A DNA stretch of 64,000 bases from Eledone cirrhosa (GCA_964016885.1 OZ024746.1:4464001-4528000), one strand, 5' to 3'. Positions 27,853-41,259 are shown, counted from the first letter of the stretch. The notes: generated from the sequence alone by a model not told the origin. Made by a program: numbers and translations.

Positions 27853-29164
27853 TCATGTGGCTGGGTCACCGCTCACAGTCTTCAATTTGTCAAGCTATCT
27901 AACGTATGTTATTACTCTAAGGTGACACAACCTTATCGAGGGCTTTGCTGCACATTCCTGGTTGTATATCGTTAGCCTGGCCACAGGCAACATTTAATGA
28001 CTCACCTCTTAGGGTGATAGAAAAGGTTCAGGTGATGCAGAATGAGTTAAAAGGTATTTTCAGTAAATGATTCTACTTCAACGTGGTTAAATATTTTGTT
28101 TTTAACAATAATATAGGCCCATCTCCATTTCATTAATTTCAGTGGCTCTTCATCTTATCATAACTATTTATTGTTACGAAGCGCTTCTATATAAATGCAA
28201 CAATGTTTTACACAATCTTACATATTCACAACACAGACCTATCACAAAACTAATTCTTCTCTTCGGTTTTAGGGTAGATTGCAGTTGCTAACGAATAAAT
28301 TTGTAAGCAAAATGGAATTCAACAAAGCAACGTCCAATTTCCTTTGATGAACAATACAGGACATTAAATTAATTCTATTGATTTTGATGGAAAGCCTTGT
28401 CAACTAAATGTCAGATTGCATCTATAAAATCATTTAAACTTCAGCATAGTTTGCCTTTTATTCTAAACATAATGTTAAATGAAAAATCATTCTTTTCAAG
28501 CAAAATATGGCCGCAGAAGACCAGATTTCATATCAATAAGATGACTGGGCGTGACATACGACTATTCTGCACGATTTTGCTATTTATCATTCCTATTTTA
28601 ATATTTCTGCCAGATTTAATATATATATATATATTAATTGGTCAAAGGTCACTTTTAAAAGAAAACGAAATCTCATAGTAAATTCTGTTATAACTTTAGT
28701 GTTACGCTCGGGCGAAGCTCAAACGAAAAATATCGCTGTGAAAGCAATGGCGATATCTAACCAGTTTAATCAGTGGTAATATAAACCTCATTATATTCGA
28801 TGGGGAATCTTAATAGATGGATACGTCTACGCGTTATGTCAATTGACTAAAAATCACCATGATTAGATGCTATAGATTTTAACCATCCACTTGTAAGCTT
28901 CCAGATCCGATGAAAGAAGATCTGGAAATATTAGCAAGAAGAAATAGTCTCATTAGAATCTAATGGATGAAATATGGAAGGAAATGTTAACATTTAAAAC
29001 GATACTAATTTTACAATAACTGTAATAGATATATGGGTTGGTTGAGAATCACTTTATTTGTGTTCTATGAAATCTAATTTTAGTTAAAGAAAGTTATTGC
29101 CTGTAATCTGAATCAAGCGAATTGAAAGACCCATTAAACAGTATCGCCAACGAAAGTTCTTTAA

Positions 29165-29365
29165 CATGGTAGCTATGTCTGCTAAAAATAGCAGCCAAAT
29201 TCACCCTCGCACATCATAACTTATCGTATTAAATGTAAGGTGTATTGAATAATGTAGACCTAGATACACTTTGCCTGGAAAAGCCATGGGACGGCCACAC
29301 ATGAAATACATTTCATTATATGTCAACTCGATCAGGGTCAACTTAGGGATAAACTATATCAACAA
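29165..29365 (+). mobile_element. Old SINE-like repeat family N, 3' part (relatives at about 49780-49898 and 50535-50695)
   Basis: Shared degenerate blocks AATAGCAGCCAAAT, ATAATGTAG.CCTAGA, GGGA.GG.CAC, GCTGACCTGGG.TAA.CAACAAC. Confidence 0.5.
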
Positions 29366-29459
29366 TTATATGAATTCTTTTATAGGAAATAGGATTACTG
29401 AACTGAACAATAACAATATAGACACGTTCCTAACTAGGTAGTAATAAATAGTAATAACA

Positions 29460-29700
29460 ATAGGGTAAAGACCCCCCTTCGGGTACAAGTGACCAGAAAG
29501 TTCCCCTCCGAGGCACAAGTTCGGGCAACTTTGTTTATGGAAGACCAGTAGTCACCCATGTATACCAGTCTCCCCTCTCCACCCCACCGATGTTGTCCAA
29601 GGGAAATAAAGTGGCTTGCTCGAGGACACAACATTTTACCCGATCCTAGAATCGAACTCACAACCTCCCGATTGCAAGCTCAATGCTCTAACCACTAACC
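29460..29700 (-). mobile_element. tRNA-derived CORE-type SINE related to family C
   Basis: AAGTGGCTTGCTCGAGGACACAAC...GAATCGAACTCACAACCTC.CGATTGC...CTAACCACT shared with 16020-16115. Confidence 0.8.
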
Positions 29701-30100
29701 CATAACAATACTAATACTAACATAACTAATATAATACAACACAAATATAATAATGGCCCTCCAAAGCTGGGAGAAACCAGATAGGCTAATTCCGGATAAT
29801 TCACACACACCCATAGATTACTCTGATGTATGGAAAGGTTAGTACCTTCTCCATGTTCCTTCTCCTTGTTGCCAACCTACAACATGGGGTAGATCAAGTT
29901 AACGACACCAGTCTCGCTACTCATGTCCTTCAGCAATATTAATACCTGAACTTGTGTATTGAATGCTTCGCTTACATTATTGTTGTGTATAAATCATTTC
30001 CTGCACTCGATATGTTGTGTTTATGCATATATATATATATATATATATATGTCTTTCCACCACTCTCTCTCACACCCTCGGGACTCTTTTCCTTCCCACT

Positions 30101-30140
30101 TTTCTCCTGACGAAGGGCTTATGCCCGAAACGTTTTCCCT
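30101..30140 (+). ncRNA. Minimal hammerhead-like motif within a TA-flanked insert (about 30050-30230)
   Basis: CTGACGA-A-GGGC ttat GCCC-GAAAC-GTT; stem I partner missing. Confidence 0.55.
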
Positions 30141-30247
30141 CACCCCCAACTCTCAGGCGTGAACACTGTACTAACACTGTTTGCACCGCACTCTTCGTTA
30201 TCGTTTTTTTTTTATTTGTTTTTAACTTTTATATATATATATATATA

Positions 30248-30312
30248 CAAGGGCGGTGCCCCAGCATGGCCTCAGCCGGATGGCTGAAACAGGTAAAAGA
30301 GTAAAAGAGTAT
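30248..30312 (+). mobile_element. Probable SINE/LINE 3'-end fragment
   Basis: GGCGGTGCCCCAGCATGGCC, hairpin TCAGCC gga TGGCTGA, repeated GTAAAAGA tail. Confidence 0.5.
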
Positions 30313-30352
30313 ATAATATTATAATGAAATAACAGGAGGCTGGACTTGTGTG

Positions 30353-30418
<66 letters not shown>

Positions 30419-30745
30419 CATATATATATATATAGATTCCAACCGTGACCATCCCCACTGAAAGTTTCGTGAAATAGTCTTTTAAGACTATACAAAGCAT
30501 TTGTAGTTGTTCCAAATTGAAGGATGAGTATTTTAAACTTTATTTTATCATGAGTTAAGGCTCTATTGATTTCTCCCTGGATTTCACCAAATTCTGTGGA
30601 TGAATCTATATCCTGATTCTTTTTGAATTGAGTTTGAATTATTTTCCCACATCTTACGTCAACTATTTTTCCATTTTGACGCTATAGTCACTTATATATT
30701 ATGGAATACTGTTGGCTTCTTGCTACAATAATCTCTATACTTTTC

Positions 30746-30793
<48 letters not shown>

Positions 30794-31145
30794 GAATAAT
30801 TGAATAATTGTTCCAGGCTTTACGCGTTTGTGAGTCTATTCTCCTAAGGGAATCTTTTAAACAGCTAATTGACACCTACTGTACCCGGTGCCTTTTTTTT
30901 ATCTTGACGTATGGTTCATTTGCTTCGGCAATGGCAGAATTAATAAATTCATTTCGCTATTTACTAACACTGAATTGGTAAACTTATATTTTATATTTTA
31001 TTCTTTGTAAATTACGAATATATCTTAATCCAATATGAGTAATTTGTTTGCCTTTTCAGTAAATGTGTTTCTACTGTTTATCCTGGGCTATGTCCGGTAT
31101 TTCTGTCAATATAAAATGACACATTAACTTTGACAATCTTTATCG

Positions 31146-31285
31146 TTCCTGAAGAGATTGTGGAGATAATTTGATGTGTTATCAATGTATTTACATAGAT
31201 AATGCAATTGGTTTTACTCTTAACGTTTGATATTAATTGTGAATTAATTGTATTTTTATCTGCATCAATCGAAACATATGTCGAA
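31146..31285 (+). ncRNA. Type I hammerhead motif with about 105-nt insertion in stem II
   Basis: TTC-CTGAAGA-GATTG...CAATC-GAAAC-ATAT-GTC-GAA; all core bases present, palindromic stem III ACATATGT. Confidence 0.65.
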
Positions 31286-31458
31286 AATAAATGTTAATTT
31301 GATGAATGTTTAGTTTCTCTAATCTTATATTATGCTCTGTAATACTTGTGTCTTCAATTATCCTGATTTTACACAATGTCTCACCACATTCGAGTATTTT
31401 GACTTGTATTATTACTGATAATTATAATACATTGATATTATCCATATCTTGATATATA

Positions 31459-31792
31459 TATAAGGAAAAAAGATGGAATTGAAAATGCAACAGGAGTCTT
31501 TATTTAAGAATATTTATTTGTTTCCTTTACCGGTTTCACAGTTCTTATGCTTTTCAAAAGTAGAATTGAGATGGAGGGCGTGGAGTTTTTTCTCGCATCT
31601 GCGAGAAAAAACTCCACGCCCTCCATCTCAATTCTACTTTTGAAAAGCATAAGAACTGTGAAACCGGTAAAGGAAACAAATAAATATTCTTAAATAAAGA
31701 CTCCTGTTGCATTTTCAATTCCATCTTTTTTCCTTATACTTTCACTCGTGTAGCACATCTCGATTTTTTTTCATTAAAAAAAACCTCATTTT

Positions 31793-31795
<3 letters not shown>
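31459..31795 (+). mobile_element. Hairpin mini-element G: about 139-bp arms (31459-31738) plus tail
   Basis: Axis TCTCGCA-tc-TGCGAGA; arms contain GAAACCGGTA (hammerhead 3'-half-like). Confidence 0.85.
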
Positions 31796-31842
<47 letters not shown>

Positions 31843-31848
<6 letters not shown>

Positions 31849-32117
31849 TAGTGAGGTTGTTTTTACAAAATGAAAAATAACCGAGGTGTCCTACACGAGT
31901 GAAAGTATAAAGAAAAAAAGATGAAATCGAAAATGCAACTGGAGTCTTATTTTTTTTAAATATATATATTTATTTGGTTCCTTTACAGAAAAACCACAGA
32001 CCCTCCATCTCAACTCTACTTTTGAAAAGCAGAAGAACTGCGAAACCGGTAAAGGAACCAAATAAATATATATATATTTTCTTAAATAATACTCCAATTA
32101 CATTTTCGATTTCATCT

Positions 32118-32122
<5 letters not shown>
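31843..32122 (-). mobile_element. Second, diverged family G copy in opposite orientation with asymmetric inversion
   Basis: Tail 31843-31905 is reverse complement of 31735-31795; left arm stops at CCTTTAC, right arm contains GAAACCGGTA. Confidence 0.8.
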
Positions 32123-32193
<71 letters not shown>

Positions 32194-32277
32194 TACATAT
32201 ATATGAGTCCTGCCACTCTGGAGTTTTATCCGCCCACCACAGGGCCATCAGACAGTGTATATATATGTACATGTAAA

Positions 32278-32356
<79 letters not shown>

Positions 32357-32607
32357 CTTACTTACGTACCTATACATTTAATTCTCAACGAATTACATAA
32401 GTTGTCAAAGAAATCGAGCTATGCTTCAAAATATGTTTACAAATGCGGATTGAGTTTTTATGTATAAAGTTTCTGTGTAGGTTTTAAATAAATCTAGAGT
32501 AATGGTGTCGAGAAGGGAGATTTAATGTCCCTTCTTCTTCTTGTTGCTGTTATTGTTATCGCTATTGTTTCTGTAATGTCGAGCAAAATTGCGAGGTTTG
32601 ATTATAT

Positions 32608-33107
32608 CCGTGTAGGTACTTTATATATCTGTGTAGGTACTTTATATATCTGTGTAGGTATTTTATAAATCTGTATAGATACTTTATATATCTGTATAGT
32701 TACTTTATATGTATGTGTATGTACTTTATATATCTGTGTAGGTACTTTAAATATCTGTGTAGTACTTTATATATTTGTGTAGGTACTTTATATATATGTG
32801 TAGGTATTTTATATATCTGTGTAGGTTCTTTATATATCTGTGTAGGTACTTTATATATCTGTATAGGTACTTTATATATCTGTGTAGGTTCTTTATATAT
32901 CTGTGTAGGTACTTTATATATCTATGTAGGTACTTTATATATTTGTGTAGGTACTTTATATATCTGTGTAGGTACTTTATATATCTGTGTAGGTACTTTA
33001 TATATCTGTGTAAGTACTTTATATATCTGTGTAGGTACTTTATATATCTGTGTAAGTACTTTATATATCTGTGTAAGTACTTTATATATCTGTGTAGGTA
33101 CTTTATA
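32608..33107. repeat. 21-bp minisatellite TGTGTAGGTACTTTATATATC, about 24 copies
   Basis: Directly visible. Confidence 0.95.
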
Positions 33108-33228
33108 AAAAGATCATATTTTAGAGCTTATATTGATTACACTTGTTTCCTTCTGATGGCATCAGTGTCAGCCACAAGTGGAGAAAATAACAAGTCGTGT
33201 TAGATGTGAAGTTCAAGCTGGGTAATAT

Positions 33229-36200
33229 GTGTGGTACTGCAGGGTGTAGTGTGTACTAGAGATGTGGTAGGTGTGGTACTGCAGGGTGGAGTGGGTGCTA
33301 GAGATGTGGTAGGTGTGGTACTGCAGGGTGTAGTGTGTGCTAGAGATGTGGTAGGTGTGGTACTGCAGGGTGTAGTGTGTGCTAGAGATGTGGTAGGTGT
33401 GGTACTGCAGGGTGTAGTGTGTGCTAGAGATGTGGTAGGTGTGGTACTGCAGGGTGTAGTGTGTGCTAGAGATGTGGTAGGTGTGGTACTGCAGGGTGTA
33501 GTGTGTGCTAGAGATGTGGTAGGTGTGGTACTGCAGGGTGTAGTGTGTGCTAGAGATGTGGTAGGTGTGGTACTGCAGGGTGTAGTGTGTGCTAGAGATG
33601 TGGTAGGTGTGGTACTGCAGGGTGTAGTGTGTGCTAGAGATGTGGTAGGTGTGGTACTGCAGGGTGTAGTGTGTGCTAGAGATGTGGTAGGTGTGGTACT
33701 GCAGGGTGTAGTGTGTGCTAGAGATGTGGTAGGTGTGGTACTGCAGGGTGTAGTGTGTGCTAGAGATGTGGTAGGTGTGGTACTGCAGGGTGTAGTGTGT
33801 GCTAGAGATGTGGTAGGTGTGGTACTGCAGGGTGTAGTGTGTGCTAGAGATGTGGTAGGTGTGGTACTGCAGGGTGGAGTGGGTGCTAGAGATGTGGTAG
33901 GTGTGGTACTGCAGGGTGGAGTGGGTGCTAGAGATGTGGTAGGTGTGGTACTGCAGGGTGTAGTGTGTGTTAGAGATGTGGTAGGTGTGGTACTGCAGGG
34001 TGTAGTGTGTGCTAGAGATGTGGTAGGTGTGGTACTGCAGGGTGTAGTGTGTGCTAGAGATGTGGTAGGTGTGGTACTGCAGGGTGTAGTGTGTGCTAGA
34101 GATGTGGTAGGTGTGGTACTGCAGGGTGTAGTGTGTGCTAGAGATGTGGTAGGTGTGGTACTGCAGGGTGTAGTGTGTGCTAGAGATGTGGTAGGTGTGG
34201 TACTGCAGGGTGTAGTGTGTGCTAGAGATGTGGTAGGTGTGGTACTGCAGGGTGTAGTGTGTGCTAGAGATGTGGTAGGTGTGGTACTGCAGGGTGGAGT
34301 GGGTGCTAGAGATGTGGTAGGTGTGGTACTGCAGGGTGTAGTGTGTGCTAGAGATGTGGTAGGTGTGGTACTGCAGGGTGGTGTGTGTGTTAGAGATGTG
34401 GTAGGTGTGGTACTGCAGGGTGGTGTGTGTGTTAGAGATGTGGTAGGTGTGGTACTGCAGGGTGGAGTGGGTGCTAGAGATGTGGTAGGTGTGGTCTTGC
34501 AGGCTGGAGTGTGTGCTAGAGATGTGGTAGGTGTGGTACTGCAGGGTGTAGTGTGTGCTAGAGATGTGGTAGGTGTGGTACTGCAGGGTGGAGTGGGTGC
34601 TAGAGATGTGGTAGGTGTGGTACTGCAGGGTGTAGTGTGTGCTAGAGATGTGGTAGGTGTGGTACTGCAGGGTGTAGTGTGTGCTAGAGATGTGGTAGGT
34701 GTGGTACTGCAGGGTGTAGTGTGTGCTAGAGATGTGGTAGGTGTGGTACTGCAGGGTGTAGTGTGTGCTAGAGATGTGGTAGGTGTGGTACTGCAGGGTG
34801 TAGTGTGTGCTAGAGATGTGGTAGGTGTGGTACTGCAGGGTGTAGTGTGTGCTAGAGATGTGGTAGGTGTGGTACTGCAGGGTGTAGTGTGTGCTAGAGA
34901 TGTGGTAGGTGTGGTACTGCAGGGTGTAGTGTGTGCTAGAGATGTGGTAGGTGTGGTACTGCAGGGTGTAGTGTGTGCTAGAGATGTGGTAGGTGTGGTA
35001 CTGCAGGGTGTAGTGTGTGCTAGAGATGTGGTAGGTGTGGTACTGCAGGGTGTAGTGTGTGCTAGAGATGTGGTAGGTGTGGTACTGCAGGGTGTAGTGT
35101 GTGCTAGAGATGTGGTAGGTGTGGTACTGCAGGGTGTAGTGTGTGCTAGAGATGTGGTAGGTGTGGTACTGCAGGGTGGAGTGGGTGCTAGAGATGTGGT
35201 AGGTGTGGTACTGCAGGGTGGTGTGTGTGTTAGAGATGTGGTAGGTGTGGTACTGCAGGGTGTAGTGTGTGCTAGAGATGTGGTAGGTGTGGTACTGCAG
35301 GGTGTAGTGTGTGCTAGAGATGTGGTAGGTGTGGTACTGTAGGGTGTAGTGGGTGCTAGAGATGTGGTAGGTGTGGTACTGCAGGGTGTAGTGTGTGCTA
35401 GAGATGTGGTAGGTGTGGTACTGCAGGGTGTAGTGTGTGCTAGAGATGTGGTAGGTGTGGTACTGTAGGGTGTAGTGGGTGCTAGAGATGTGGTAGGTGT
35501 GGTACTGCAGGGTGTAGTGTGTGCTAGAGATGTGGTAGGTGTGGTACTGCAGGGTGTAGTGTGTGCTAGAGATGTGGTAGGTGTGGTACTGTAGGGTGTA
35601 ATGGGTGCTAGAGATGTGGTAGGTGTGGTACTGCAGGGTGTAGTGTGTGCTAGAGATGTGGTAGGTGTGGTACTGCAGGGTGGAGTGGGTGCTAGAGATG
35701 TGGTAGGTGTGGTACTGCAGGGTGTAGTGTGTGCTAGAGATGTGGTAGGTGTGGTACTGCAGGGTGGAGTGGGTGCTAGAGATGTGGTAGGTGTGGTACT
35801 GCAGGGTGTAGTGTGTGCTAGAGATGTGGTAGGTGTGGTACTGCAGGGTGGAGTGGGTGCTAGAGATGTGGTAGGTGTGGTACTGCAGGGTGTAGTGTGT
35901 GCTAGAGATGTGGTAGGTGTGGTACTGCAGGGTGGAGTGGGTGCTAGAGATGTGGTAGGTGTGGTACTGCAGGGTGTAGTGTGTGCTAGAGATGTGGTAG
36001 GTGTGGTACTGCAGGGTGTAGTGTGTGCTAGAGATGTGGTAGGTGTGGTACTGCAGGGTGTAGTGTGTGCTAGAGATGTGGTAGGTGTGGTACTGCAGGG
36101 TGGTGTGTGTGTTAGAGATGTGGTAGGTGTGGTACTGCAGGGTGGAGTGGGTGCTAGAGATGTGGTAGGTGTGGTACTGCAGGGTGTAGTGTGTGCTAGA

Positions 36201-38007
36201 GATGTGGTAGGTGTGGTACTGCAGGGTGTAGTGTGTGCTAGAGATGTGGTAGGTGTGGTACTGCAGGGTGTAGTGTGTGCTAGAGATGTGGTAGGTGTGG
36301 TACTGCAGGGTGGTGTGTGTGTTAGAGATGTGGTAGGTGTGGTACTGCAGGGTGGAGTGGGTGCTAGAGATGTGGTAGGTGTGGTACTGCAGGGTGTAGT
36401 GTGTGCTAGAGATGTGGTAGGTGTGGTACTGCAGGGTGGTGTGTGTGTTAGAGATGTGGTAGGTGTGGTACTGCAGGGTGGAGTGGGTGCTAGAGATGTG
36501 GTAGGTGTGGTACTGCAGGGTGTAGTGTGTGCTAGAGATGTGGTAGGTGTGGTACTGCAGGGTGGTGTGTGTGTTAGAGATGTGGTAGGTGTGGTACTGC
36601 AGGGTGGAGTGGGTGCTAGAGATGTGGTAGGTGTGGTACTGCAGGGTGTAGTGTGTGCTAGAGATGTGGTAGGTGTGGTACTGCAGGGTGTAGTGTGTGC
36701 TAGAGATGTGGTAGGTGTGGTACTGCAGGGTGGAGTGGGTGCTAGAGATGTGGTAGGTGTGGTACTGCAGGGTGTAGTGTGTGCTAGAGATGTGGTAGGT
36801 GTGGTACTGCAGGGTGTAGTGTGTGCTAGAGATGTGGTAGGTGTGGTACTGCAGGGTGGAGTGGGTGCTAGAGATGTGGTAGGTGTGGTACTGCAGGGTG
36901 TAGTGTGTGCTAGAGATGTGGTAGGTGTGGTACTGCAGGGTGTAGTGTGTGCTAGAGATGTGGTAGGTGTGGTACTGCAGGGTGTAGTGTGTGCTAGAGA
37001 TGTGGTAGGTGTGGTACTGCAGGGTGTAGTGTGTGCTAGAGATGTGGTAGGTGTGGTACTGCAGGGTGTAGTGTGTGCTAGAGATGTGGTAGGTGTGGTA
37101 CTGCAGGGTGTAGTGTGTGCTAGAGATGTGGTAGGTGTGGTACTGCAGGGTGTAGTGTGTGCTAGAGATGTGGTAGGTGTGGTACTGCAGGGTGTAGTGT
37201 GTGCTAGAGATGTGGTAGGTGTGGTACTGCAGGGTGGAGTGGGTGCTAGAGATGTGGTAGGTGTGGTACTGCAGGGTGGAGTGGGTGCTAGAGATGTGGT
37301 AGGTGTGGTACTGCAGGGTGGTGTGTGTGTTAGAGATGTGGTAGGTGTGGTACTGCAGGGTGGAGTGGGTGCTAGAGATGTGGTAGGTGTGGTACTGCAG
37401 GGTGTAGTGTGTGCTAGAGATGTGGTAGGTGTGGTACTGCAGGGTGTAGTGTGTGCTAGAGATGTGGTAGGTGTGGTACTGCAGGGTGTAGTGTGTGCTA
37501 GAGATGTGGTAGGTGTGGTACTGTAGGGTGTAGTGGGTGCTAGAGATGTGGTAGGTGTGGTACTGCAGGGTGTAGTGTGTGCTAGAGATGTGGTAGGTGT
37601 GGTACTGCAGGGTGTAGTGTGTGCTAGAGATGTGGTAGGTGTGGTACTGTAGGGTGTAGTGGGTGTTAGAGATGTGGTAGGTGTGGTACTGCAGGGTGTA
37701 GTGTGTGCTAGAGATGTGGTAGGTGTGGTACTGCAGGGTGTAGTGTGTGCTAGAGATGTGGTAGGTGTGGTACTGCAGGGTGTAGTGTGTGCTAGAGATG
37801 TGGTAGGTGTGGTACTGCAGGGTGTAGTGTGTGCTAGAGATGTGGTAGGTGTGGTACTGCAGGGTGTAGTGTGTGTTAGAGATGTGGTAGGTGTGGTACT
37901 GCAGGGTGGAGTGGGTGCTAGAGATGTGGTAGGTGTGGTACTGCAGGGTGGAGTGGGTGCTAGAGATGTGGTAGGTGTGGTACTGCAGGGTGTAGTGTGT
38001 GCTAGAG
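33229..38007. repeat. 42-bp minisatellite, about 114 copies
   Basis: GTGGTACTGCAGGGTGTAGTGTGTGCTAGAGATGTGGTAGGT; no indels seen, four main variant units. Confidence 0.98.
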
Positions 38008-38538
38008 GTAGAGATATCATAGGAAATGTAGGTGGTGCTGCTAAAAAGGAATGCTGTGATGAGGTAGGTGGTGTATGGGTGTGTAGCTAATGTTGGGGTA
38101 TGGTAATACTGAAGTGGAAGTGGTGCGAGGGTATTTATTTTTTTATAGGACGGCGGCGGCGGTGGTGATAATTCGAGTGATGGTGAATATTGGTAGTTAG
38201 TCATGTCTATCTTTGAGAATTATCACCTGTCTAAACTTTCAAAGATGTATTTATTGGTCTTTAATCATTAGTTGAGATATTTAGCGACTGACAATCCAAG
38301 TCCATTGTGTGGAAGAGTAGAGTCACCTGTCTCCTGATAAAAAGTTAGCTTTGAAAAAACCTAAAACAATATCTTGAGATTTTCGATGCATGAAGTGAAT
38401 AAAAAAGTGAACGCGTTGTTATATCTACATTAATTTTGCGAGAGATGTCAACATGAATGGACCTGTTACTTTTATCTAAAGACATTTATTCCAATTCCAA
38501 CCCACCCGTCCCCTCAATCTATCTTATTTCTCATTCTT

Positions 38539-38574
38539 TCTTCTGATGAAAGACTAGCGTCCGAAACGTTAAGA
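38539..38574 (+). ncRNA. Minimal type I hammerhead motif
   Basis: TCTT-CTGATGA-A-AGAC tagc GTCC-GAAAC-GTT-AAGA; stem I TCTT/AAGA pairs, one mismatch at base of stem II. Confidence 0.65.
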
Positions 38575-39029
38575 CCCTCTTCCTGCTATATCAAGCGTTA
38601 ACCTAATATATCCCTTCCATATACTGTACCGATTGTGTTGTTATTTCTGTTTACCTTTTACGTCAAAAACCATTAACTTGCAGACTCCTGCAAGCGTAAT
38701 TTGTCGATCTTGGAGTTGTAGAAACCTAGCGTTGATGTTCTGTGCTGTATGTGATGTATATCGTGTGCTATACGATATGCATTATATATTTTGCATTCAG
38801 TCTCACCGTTTTGTCCAGGTCAGTCTAAAATCTTTTCCTGAGTCCTGTATTTTCGTTGCTCTGGTGATGCGGCTGGACTGCCGATCGCTATATTTCATTT
38901 GCTAAGCTGTCTAAACATATTGTTATTACTCTGGGGTACTTTTCCCCATCCGAGTGCTAAAGCTACATACCGATTTTGCATTCGTTAGATTGGCTGCGAT
39001 CTAAACCTTCGTTAATGCTGAACTAAAAT

Positions 39030-39839
39030 TTGTATATATATACGTTTATTTAATTAGTTGTATACACGCACACACATATTTATATGTGCGTGTATTTGTA
39101 TACCTATGGCGAGTGTTTTCACGTATGCTTGTACGTCTCCGAACATATGTGTATTTACATGTAGGTTTGTGTGTGCGCTTGTTATATACGTATTTATTTA
39201 TTTATATACGTTTATTTAATTATTTGTATACACGCGCACACACACACACACATATTTATATGTGCGTGTATTTGTATAGCTATGGCGAGTGTTTTCGCGT
39301 ATGCTTGTGTATGTACGTATATGGATGCGTGTATGTATTTATTTAATTTCAATTGCCTCTGTATTTTATTTACTTTATTCTTAACTCTGAAGCCGAGAAT
39401 CATTCGGTTTCCTAGTTAGAATTTTAGTCTACGACTTCAGTTATACCATTTACGTGGTTTTGTCTTTGCGTGCAATTGTTCTCCACGCTCCACATATGAC
39501 GTATTATCTTCGTTTTTTCCGTTCATTGCCAGAGAACGTCTCTATGAACCACCTAAGAGAATATTAGTCTACGACTTCTTTTATACCATAAACGTGGTTC
39601 TGTCTTTGCGCGTAATTGTTTTTCACCGCTCCTATTAATGACGTATCTTATTCGTTTTTTCCCGTTCTTTGCCAGCGAACGTTTCCACGAACCAAAGTAT
39701 CGTCTTCCTGTCTTCCTCCGGTTGCAACGTTTTTTGAAATATTCACTTCTGCGTTCACAGATTGACTCTGTTAGTTTCAGAAGTTCCCGTTAAGGGTGAA
39801 AGCAGCGATTCTTTGGTTAAACTTTAATCTGTTATTTTA

Positions 39840-39845
<6 letters not shown>
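39030..39845 (+). mobile_element. Longer non-inverted family E copy preceded by two diverged tandem duplications (about 165 bp and about 140 bp)
   Basis: 39770-39845 matches the family E arm; duplicated TTAGTCTACGACTTC blocks at about 39424 and 39564; duplicated TTGTATACACGC..TATGGCGAGTGTTTTC blocks at about 39058 and 39224. Confidence 0.55.
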
Positions 39846-39872
<27 letters not shown>

Positions 39873-39875
<3 letters not shown>

Positions 39876-39993
39876 CGAAGGAAGTGTGGTAATGAACCAG
39901 ATGGACCATAACGCACCAGAGTACTTAATACTCAGGGTAGTAGAGTGGGTAATAGGAAAATGTTTAACCTTGACAGCAGAGCTCAAGCCGTTT
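39873..39993 (-). mobile_element. Family F truncated copy
   Basis: Matches 27604-27725. Confidence 0.8.
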
Positions 39994-40073
39994 CTTATCT
40001 TATATTCTCTTCACGCTGGTGGTTAAAATCCTGTAATGAAAACACACTCTCCTGTGTTTTTCCTCTCTATATT

Positions 40074-40279
<206 letters not shown>

Positions 40280-40361
40280 TATATATATATATAACTAAAT
40301 ATATAGATAGATAGATAGAGAGAGAAAGAGAGAGCTATGTAAGATCCCGACCGCGATTTTG

Positions 40362-40612
<251 letters not shown>

Positions 40613-41259
40613 ATAAATATTTTTTTTATATATACGAACGCGAGGCATAAGTATATAAACGTATGCACACCTACACTGACATATACATATATGTTTCTGT
40701 AGACATATAAAAAATGTAATTACGAAATCTTATGTAAATATATGCCCACACATGTGTGAGCCATACACTCACGGAAGATCACCAACACAAACAACAACAA
40801 TAGTAGTGATTAATGATAAGCTTTTATTTATTGTATCCCAAGTGCAACAGTGGCAGAGACGATAAGAATACGTTTAGTTAGGATCGAAGCGATTAACTGT
40901 GTCAACAACAGCGCAGCTAGCTTGACGTTCGGCCCTGTCAGGTCCCTACGACAATCTAGTTGCTTTATCATGCTATGTTCTCTACAGGCCCCTTTAGTTG
41001 CCACAAGAAATGAAATAGAAAAAAAAATGGCCGCTTTTGTGTCCAAAACTGACTCATAACCGGAAGGGGGAAGGCTGGAGAGGAAGAGGTACTAGGAAGA
41101 GGGAGGGGTAGTGTAGGCAGATGCAACTTGATTCTTGGATGTGGATGCAGTGACTGGGTTACTCATGGCACTGCAACTCACATTAAACATTTCATCTATT
41201 ACTGACTGCATCTATTGATTTCTTACTCCTTTCTTTCTTCTTCCCCTACCCTATGTGTT

